A program made the position numbers and the translations under genes. From Candidatus Woesearchaeota archaeon (lineage in GTDB: Archaea; Nanobdellota; Nanobdellia; Woesearchaeales; ARS49), in the NCBI GenBank assembly GCA_014729505.1, contig WJJS01000001.1, forward strand, positions 12,938 to 76,937: a stretch of 64,000 bases of DNA, read 5' to 3'. Under the pieces are notes generated by a model, which made no database searches, had not been told where the DNA came from, and saw only the letters and a list, made by a program, of their open reading frames with translations. The stretch's first letter is position 1, and every line of letters begins with the position of its first letter. Positions 57,717 to 64,000 of the stretch are shown piece by piece.

Positions 57717-60406
57717 TGCCAGAAGAAGTCAAACCGGACGAAGAAGTAAAAACTGAAGACACTGAAGACTCAGAGGTTGATGACGAAGAACAAAAAAACA
57801 TCCTTCGAGAATCACTCTCACGAGAACGAATGGAAGGACTGCAGCGTCACGTCTCAAAGAAAGTTAACAGCATAGTCTTTGGGATACTCAGTCCGAAAAT
57901 GATTCGAAAAATGGCAAGTGTCAAAGTAGTCACACCAGAACTCTACGACAAAGAAGGATATCCTGTCGACGGCGGACTCATGGACGTGCGTTTAGGAGTC
58001 ATTGATCCTGGACTGCGCTGCAAAACCTGCGGCAGCAAACTCAAGGAATGTATCGGACACTTCGGATACATAGAACTGGCACGACCGGTCATACACATCA
58101 GTTACATCAAAATCGTCTATTTACTATTACGAAGCACCTGCGGCGACTGTGGACGAGTCCTCATACCAGAAGATAAGATCCGCAAATACTCGAAATATCT
58201 CGAACGCATCGAACAACAAGAAGGAATCGCTGCAAAACGAAACGCCGTCAAGGAAATCGTCGACACATTCAAAAAAGTCAACAAATGCCCGCACTGCAGT
58301 GCAAAACAAGAAAAAATCGTTTTAGAAAAACCAAGCACATTTATCGAAGGAGAAAAAAGACTCACGCCAATAGATGTACGCAGTCGCTTAGAAAAAATAC
58401 CTGATGAGGATCTGCCACTTTTTGCAATCAACCCTGAAATGGGACGGCCAGAATGGTTAGTACTAACAATACTTGCAATACCTCCAGTAACAGTGCGCCC
58501 GTCAATAACACTGGAGAGCGGGGAGCGAAGCGAAGACGATCTCACACACAAATTAGGAGATATCGTCCGTATAAATCAACGATTATTTGAAAACATCAAT
58601 GCAGGAGCGCCGGAAATCATTATCGAAGACCTATGGGATCTATTACAGTATCACGTGACAACATTCTTTGATAACGGCGTAGCACAACTACCTCCGGCAC
58701 GTCACAGAAACGGACAACCACTCAAAACAATAACGGAGCGTATTAAGAGTAAAGAAGGACGAATACGCCGAAACCTTGCAGGTAAGAGAACTAATTTCTG
58801 TGCAAGAACTGTCATCAGCCCGGATCCAATGCTTAAGATCAACGAAGTAGGAGTGCCAAAAATCATGGCTAAAAAACTCACAGTTCCAGAAGTGATCAAT
58901 GAATGGAACATGGCGTACCTCAAGAAATTCGTTGAAAACGGTCCAGACAAATACCCAGGATCAAACTATATCATCAGACCTGACGGTAAACGAAAAAAGA
59001 TTACAGACGAAACAAAAGAAGCAGCACTAGAAGAATTGCAACCGGGTTACATCGTTGAACGACATCTTCTCGACGGTGATGTTGCGTTATTTAACCGCCA
59101 ACCTTCACTGCACAGAATGTCAATGATGTGCCACAAAATAAAAGTGCTGCCTTACAAAACATTGCGATTAAATCCTGCAGTATGTGCACCATACAACGCA
59201 GACTTCGACGGGGATGAGATGAACCTGCACGTACCACAAACAGAAGAAGCACGAGCCGAAGCAGAAATACTCATGGATGTACAAACACAACTCATCAGTC
59301 CGGGTTATGGACGAAGTGCTGTTGGCTGTATTCATGACGGAATTTCAGGAAACTATGTGCTAACAAAAGATCTGGAATTTGATCGACAAACAGCAATAGA
59401 CATTCTCAGTTCCATTGGATACTTTGACTTTTCAAAATTACCACACAAGAAAAAAATAAGCGGAAAAGAAATATTCAGCGCACTTTTACCAAAAGATTTC
59501 AATTATGTAGGAACAACAAAACAAGGAGAAAAAGTGACGGTACGCGACGGACAAATCATTGAAGGAGTAATGGACATAAAAGCAATCGGCGGAGAAGGAA
59601 ACGGAGATCTTCTGCGACTATTGCACAAACAATATGGTCCGGCAGCAACAGTAGAAATGTTGCACTACATCTTTAAGCTTGGCATCGAAGTACTTCTTCG
59701 CACCGGTCTCACAAGTGCTATCGGCGATGTTGATCTGCCACCATCAGCTCGAAAAGAGATCAATGAACTGCTTACAAAAGCAGAAGAGGAAGTGCAAGGT
59801 TTTATCGACGCATACGAAGCAGGAACACTCGAAGCATTTCCAGGACGAACAGTCAAACAAACACTGGAATTAAAGATCATCCAGGTTCTCAACAAAGCAA
59901 GAAACGGCTGCGGTAATGTAATAAAGAATAATGTGCATGAAAACTTCAACAGTCACGTTCTTATCAATAGCGGAGCTCGAGGAAACATACTCAACGTTGT
60001 ACAAATGTCTGCTTGTGTAGGACAGCAGGCACTGCGAGGAAGCAGAATAGACAAAGGCTACTCGGGACGAACACTGTCGTGCTTTAAAAAAGGAGATCTC
60101 TCGCCGGCAGCAAGAGGTTTTGTACGCACAGGATTCAAAAACGGACTCAACCCAAAGGAATTCTTTTTCCACGCGATTACAGGAAGAGATGCACTGATGG
60201 ATACTGCGCTTAGAACGCCAAAATCCGGATACCTTTATCGACGATTAGCAAATGCCCTGCAAGATCTACGGGTTGAATATGATAATACCGTACGCGATGC
60301 AAACGGCATGATTATCCAATTCGAATACGGTGAAGACGGCATTGACGTTTCGCGAAGCGAAAGCGGAACAATAGATGTTAAACGCATAGTGGAGTTGATC
60401 AAATAA
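57716..60406 (+). CDS. rpoA1: DNA-directed RNA polymerase subunit A' (Rpo1N)
   Basis: 896 aa with the NADFDGDEMN catalytic motif. Confidence 0.95.
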   Translation: MPEEVKPDEEVKTEDTEDSEVDDEEQKNILRESLSRERMEGLQRHVSKKVNSIVFGILSPKMIRKMASVKVVTPELYDKEGYPVDGGLMDVRLGVIDPGLRCKTCGSKLKECIGHFGYIELARPVIHISYIKIVYLLLRSTCGDCGRVLIPEDKIRKYSKYLERIEQQEGIAAKRNAVKEIVDTFKKVNKCPHCSAKQEKIVLEKPSTFIEGEKRLTPIDVRSRLEKIPDEDLPLFAINPEMGRPEWLVLTILAIPPVTVRPSITLESGERSEDDLTHKLGDIVRINQRLFENINAGAPEIIIEDLWDLLQYHVTTFFDNGVAQLPPARHRNGQPLKTITERIKSKEGRIRRNLAGKRTNFCARTVISPDPMLKINEVGVPKIMAKKLTVPEVINEWNMAYLKKFVENGPDKYPGSNYIIRPDGKRKKITDETKEAALEELQPGYIVERHLLDGDVALFNRQPSLHRMSMMCHKIKVLPYKTLRLNPAVCAPYNADFDGDEMNLHVPQTEEARAEAEILMDVQTQLISPGYGRSAVGCIHDGISGNYVLTKDLEFDRQTAIDILSSIGYFDFSKLPHKKKISGKEIFSALLPKDFNYVGTTKQGEKVTVRDGQIIEGVMDIKAIGGEGNGDLLRLLHKQYGPAATVEMLHYIFKLGIEVLLRTGLTSAIGDVDLPPSARKEINELLTKAEEEVQGFIDAYEAGTLEAFPGRTVKQTLELKIIQVLNKARNGCGNVIKNNVHENFNSHVLINSGARGNILNVVQMSACVGQQALRGSRIDKGYSGRTLSCFKKGDLSPAARGFVRTGFKNGLNPKEFFFHAITGRDALMDTALRTPKSGYLYRRLANALQDLRVEYDNTVRDANGMIIQFEYGEDGIDVSRSESGTIDVKRIVELIK

Positions 60407-61533
60407 TGGTACATAAAGATCTCGAAGAATACGCAGGCGTATTACCGCCAAAACTCCTAGAAGAGATTGAAGAACAGGCGCCTGCAAGCAAGCGAAAAAA
60501 AGTCGGACAAATCGTTTACGATGAGTACATGAAAGCGCGAGTAGATGCAGGAGAAAGCGTAGGTCTTATCAGTGCTGAATCAATAGGAGAGCAGGCAACA
60601 CAGATGACGCTTAACACCTTCCACTTTGCAGGAGTCGCAGAAATGAACGTCACCATGGGATTGCCTCGAATCATTGAAATCCTTGACGCGAGAAAAGCAA
60701 TCAAAACACCAAAAATGGAAATTTATCTTAACAGTCCTTACAACAAAGGAAAGGACATCAGACAAATAGCGCTCTCAATCAAAGATACCAGACTGGGAGA
60801 ACTGGTCAGCGAGTATGCAATCAACATCTTTGAATTCGTCATCGACATCCATCTCAATGCAGAAAAGATGCAACTGCTAAGCCTAACACCTGCAAAAATA
60901 AGCAAGCTCCTTGACAAAGCACTGGGAAAAGTCACCAAAATAACAGATGCAGGAGAAAACAAAATTTCACTGCAACTCAAGGCAAAAGAAGACCGCAATC
61001 TCAACACACTCTACAAACTCAAAGAAAAAATAAAGGATGTACACGTAAAAGGAATCAAAGGCATACGACAAGTCCTGCCAGTACGACGACAAGATGAATT
61101 CATCATCATCACCGCAGGAACAAACCTGAAAAAAGTCCTCGCCCTTGAATTTGTTGATCCAACACGAACTATCACCAATGACGTTCACGAATTTGCAAAA
61201 GTGATGGGCATCGAAGCTGCACGACATTTGATCATTGAAGAAGTCTACCGCGTAATCGAAGCACAAGGATTGAGCGTGGATATCCGCCACATCATGCTTG
61301 TTGCAGATACCATGTGCGTGACAGGAGAGATCAAAGGAATAACGCGATACGGTGTTGTAAGCGAAAAATCAAGCGTGCTTGCACGAGCATCCTTTGAAAC
61401 GCCAATAAGACACCTCATCAATGCAGCATTACTCGGAGAAGTCGATAAGCTTAATAGTGTTGTTGAAAATGTCATGCTGAACCAGCCAGTACCCATAGGA
61501 ACTGGACTACCACAACTACGAGTCAAGGAATAA
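60406..61533 (+). CDS. rpoA2: DNA-directed RNA polymerase subunit A'' (Rpo1C)
   Basis: 375 aa. Its start overlaps the rpoA1 stop. Confidence 0.9.
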   Translation: MVHKDLEEYAGVLPPKLLEEIEEQAPASKRKKVGQIVYDEYMKARVDAGESVGLISAESIGEQATQMTLNTFHFAGVAEMNVTMGLPRIIEILDARKAIKTPKMEIYLNSPYNKGKDIRQIALSIKDTRLGELVSEYAINIFEFVIDIHLNAEKMQLLSLTPAKISKLLDKALGKVTKITDAGENKISLQLKAKEDRNLNTLYKLKEKIKDVHVKGIKGIRQVLPVRRQDEFIIITAGTNLKKVLALEFVDPTRTITNDVHEFAKVMGIEAARHLIIEEVYRVIEAQGLSVDIRHIMLVADTMCVTGEIKGITRYGVVSEKSSVLARASFETPIRHLINAALLGEVDKLNSVVENVMLNQPVPIGTGLPQLRVKE

Positions 61534-61793
61534 TGGATAACGAAGAAATACGAAACCTGTTTAAAGACGGCAAACTCGTTATAGGCACTGATAGAGTACT
61601 CAAAGGAGTGCGCGAAGGTACCATAACAAAAGTCATTGCTGCAAAAAACTGTCCAGAAGAAACGCTCAAAGAACTTGCACATTACAAAAAGCTAACTACT
61701 ATCGATATAGAACACTCAGACCTTACAAACGAACAACTTGGCGTACTGTGCAAGAAACGCTTTTCTATAGCTCTTATCGGCGTACTTGCATGA
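61533..61793 (+). CDS. rpl30e: 50S ribosomal protein L30e
   Basis: 86 aa, LVIGTDRVLKGVREGTITKVIAAKNCP. Confidence 0.8.
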   Translation: MDNEEIRNLFKDGKLVIGTDRVLKGVREGTITKVIAAKNCPEETLKELAHYKKLTTIDIEHSDLTNEQLGVLCKKRFSIALIGVLA

Positions 61794-62227
61794 AACGCAT
61801 ATTCGACACCCAAACCATGCAAGTAATGCGTATGTTTGAACAGATAACACACGCGAATCTCAAAGACTGTTTCACCGAAGACGAGATACAATATTTTATC
61901 GTCGAAGAACACCAAATAGGCAAAGCAGTTGGAAAACAAGGGCGCAACCTCAAAAAATTAGAGAAAGCTTTAAAAAGGAAAGTCAAAATCGTTGAATACA
62001 GTAGCGATCTTGCGACATTTGTTCGCAATCTCTATTATCCTACCAAGATAGAAGATATCGTCGTGGAGGAAGAGACAGTAACCATCATGCCAGCAGATCT
62101 GCAGGCGCGAGGATACCTGATCGGGCGTGGCGCAAACACGCTTAGACGAATCGAACGGATCGTACAACGCTACTTTGATATTAAAGAAATTAAAATCGCA
62201 CCATGGTCAAAAAAGCAAGAGGCTTAA
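61790..62227 (+). CDS. nusA: Transcription elongation/termination factor NusA (archaeal KH-domain type)
   Basis: [19 protein letters not shown] and [20 protein letters not shown] motifs. The ATG overlaps the L30e stop, and the track alternative start is 61748. Confidence 0.8.
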   Translation: MKRIFDTQTMQVMRMFEQITHANLKDCFTEDEIQYFIVEEHQIGKAVGKQGRNLKKLEKALKRKVKIVEYSSDLATFVRNLYYPTKIEDIVVEEETVTIMPADLQARGYLIGRGANTLRRIERIVQRYFDIKEIKIAPWSKKQEA

Positions 62228-62640
62228 ACGCAGGCAGCAAATTACGACAGCGACGAGAACGATTCCGCTGGAGTCAAAAAACATGGGTACGAAAATTTTT
62301 GGACCTGAAACGAAAATCCGACCCTCTGGAAGCTGCACATCAAGCTAAAGGTATTGTTCTTAAAAAAGTGCAAGTAGAAGCAAAACAACCAAACTCAGGT
62401 CTTCGAAAATGTGTCAGAGTACAATTGACGAAAAACAGCCGACAAGTCACTGCAATGCTTCCAGGAGACAAAGCAAAAGATTTTGTTGACGAGCACGACG
62501 AAGTCATCATCCAATGTATTGGAGGAGCAAAAGGTCGGGCAAAAGGAGATCTTGGAGGAGTGCGCTGGGAAGTAACACATGTTAACGGACAAAGCCTCAA
62601 GGATTTGCGCAAAGGAAAGATAGAGAAGGCAAGAAAATAA
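62203..62640 (+). CDS. rps12: 30S ribosomal protein S12 (uS12)
   Basis: [29 protein letters not shown]. Confidence 0.9.
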   Translation: MVKKARGLNAGSKLRQRRERFRWSQKTWVRKFLDLKRKSDPLEAAHQAKGIVLKKVQVEAKQPNSGLRKCVRVQLTKNSRQVTAMLPGDKAKDFVDEHDEVIIQCIGGAKGRAKGDLGGVRWEVTHVNGQSLKDLRKGKIEKARK

Positions 62641-63236
62641 TGGATATACTCGTGTTTGACAAATGGAGTGCAAAAGATCTGGCAGTTGAAGATCCAGGTC
62701 TGCAACGATATATCACACTTGATCCTGCGTATCGAAGCAAGACAGGAGCGCGATACGGCGGCCGACGATTCTACAAATCAAAAATCTTTATTGTAGAACG
62801 CTTAATCAACAAACTCATGGTACCGGGACATCGGGGGAAAAAACACAAAATCACGAGCGGACATGTCACAGGCAAAGCAGCAAATGCACGACGCATCGTC
62901 GAAGAAGCATTCGAACTCGTTGAAAAACGCACAAAAAAGAACCCTGTCGAAGTCTTTGTCAAAGCACTGGAAAACGGAGCTCCACGAGAAGAAATACTCA
63001 CGATCGAGTACGGTGGTGCCAGATATCCAAAAGCAGTAGATGTAGCACCACAACGACGCGTTGATTATGTACTGCGACTCCTCGTCCATGGATCGTTTGA
63101 CCGCTCCTTTAACAAAAAGAAAAGCATGGCACAAGCACTGGCAGACGAAATCGTCGCAGCATATTCTATGAGTGCAGACAGTACTGCTATTTCCAAAAAA
63201 AACGACGTCGAACGACAAGCAGACAGCAGCAGGTAG
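62640..63236 (+). CDS. rps7: 30S ribosomal protein S7 (uS7)
   Basis: 198 aa and S7-like throughout. Confidence 0.85.
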   Translation: MDILVFDKWSAKDLAVEDPGLQRYITLDPAYRSKTGARYGGRRFYKSKIFIVERLINKLMVPGHRGKKHKITSGHVTGKAANARRIVEEAFELVEKRTKKNPVEVFVKALENGAPREEILTIEYGGARYPKAVDVAPQRRVDYVLRLLVHGSFDRSFNKKKSMAQALADEIVAAYSMSADSTAISKKNDVERQADSSR

Positions 63237-63282
63237 TTGTCCGATCAGTAGTTTTTTATAACACAGAATACTCAATGCACAT

Positions 63283-64000
63283 ATGAAAAGAGGTCTTATA
63301 CTGGTAGTATTGCTCTGCGTTCTCAATATTGTTATAGCCGAGACTACAGGCGGCACTACAGAAACAGGCCACTTCAGTCAATCAGGACAACTCCTCAACA
63401 TCAATGATCAAGATAATGACGGGGTAGTTGATAGCAGCGATCGTTGCCAAAACACGAGAGAAGAATCAGTAACCCTGCAAGGATGCGCAGAAGAACAACT
63501 CCTTGAAGAAGCACGCTTTACCGTTCCCCTCACAGAAGGAGTAAACGAGATCGCACCAGAAGACACCATTGGTACGGTTCCAGAAGATTTCACCGTTATC
63601 ATCATCAAAGAAGGAGACTTCTACACCCTACACGTTGACAGTCTGGACAATGAACCACTACTGCTAGAAGAAGGAAAAACCATACGAGTACACAGTGTCA
63701 CACATACCGTTGCATCCATTGCTGAAAATGCAGTAGAATTTTCATGGGAATACGCGCCGGACTTCACCCCACATTCATTGTGTCAACAAGTGTATCTCAC
63801 CTACTTGCCCATTTCAACAACAGAAGTACTGGCGCATCCCACCTGCTACGTTCAAGATGGAAAGGAACTCATCGTATACACTACAAAAATCACGTGCACG
63901 CACCGCGTTACTGACACGGTTATTCTCAGTGATGATCGGGCATGCGAACTTGCAGGACTAGGAACTGCATGCATGCGAAACGAACAATGCAGTACAGGTT
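63283..64000 (+). CDS. Secreted hypothetical protein (partial; continues beyond the window end)
   Basis: MKRGLILVVLLCVLNIVIAETTGG is a signal peptide. The frame stays open to position 64000 (manual translation). It is not in the ORF track because no stop lies in the window. Confidence 0.5.
   Translation, partial: MKRGLILVVLLCVLNIVIAETTGGTTETGHFSQSGQLLNINDQDNDGVVDSSDRCQNTREESVTLQGCAEEQLLEEARFTVPLTEGVNEIAPEDTIGTVPEDFTVIIIKEGDFYTLHVDSLDNEPLLLEEGKTIRVHSVTHTVASIAENAVEFSWEYAPDFTPHSLCQQVYLTYLPISTTEVLAHPTCYVQDGKELIVYTTKITCTHRVTDTVILSDDRACELAGLGTACMRNEQCSTG

Noticed and set aside
1-64000. CRISPR array or cas genes
   Set aside because: No regularly spaced short direct repeats were seen. The only tandem repeats (22843-23068) are 99 nt long and contiguous, with no spacers.

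Overview
This 64-kb window looks like a segment of an archaeal chromosome, probably a small-genome lineage (DPANN-like or a related euryarchaeon). Three things support that: the RNA polymerase B subunit is split into B'' and B', the A subunit is split into A' and A'', and several tRNA genes carry multiple introns. This lineage call is an inference from gene content only.

The 3' third of the window holds a classic informational-gene block on the + strand: tRNA-Asp, tRNA-Lys, rpoH, rpoB'', rpoB', rpoA', rpoA'', L30e, nusA, S12 and S7. The usual continuation (EF-2, EF-1alpha, S10) sits elsewhere, at 24.6-28.5 kb on the - strand, directly downstream of L7Ae-S28e-L24e.

Other core genes I can support:
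- GluRS, thermosome subunit, Rad50, class-2 dihydroorotate dehydrogenase.
- A sugar-phosphate operon: PfkB kinase, class II FBP aldolase, RpiB and an Rpe-like TIM-barrel protein.
- P-type ATPase, Lgt, TspO, GT3 (eukaryote-type) glycogen synthase, MFS transporter (frameshifted), two HIT proteins, HAD hydrolase and an NDH-2-like oxidoreductase.

I found seven tRNA genes by eye: Ala(GGC), Met(CAT), Ser(TGA), Gly(TCC), Tyr(GTA, - strand), Asp(GTC) and Lys(TTT). Five carry an intron at the canonical 37/38 position. Gly, Asp and Lys carry a second intron at an identical T-loop position. Four of the tRNA loci (Ala, Met, Ser, Tyr) are surrounded by partial duplicated tRNA segments. At Ala, Met and Ser these flank a conserved ~55-nt hairpin-bearing element. 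At the Ser locus there is also an ~850-bp cassette bounded by perfect 59-nt direct repeats; it carries 99-nt palindromic tandem repeats and a putative RHH/RelE-like gene pair.

The most unusual gene content:
- An operon-like block encoding an SRAP (abasic-site) protein followed by an exonuclease-dead, motif-C-degenerate family-B DNA polymerase fused to a C-terminal PD-(D/E)xK (Hjc/VRR-NUC-like) nuclease domain.
- An apparent in-frame fusion of asparagine synthetase (AsnB) to a Dph6-like diphthine-ammonia-ligase PP-loop domain at the window start.

I saw no CRISPR array and no rRNA. Every coordinate, motif and fold call was made by manual reading, with no searches run.
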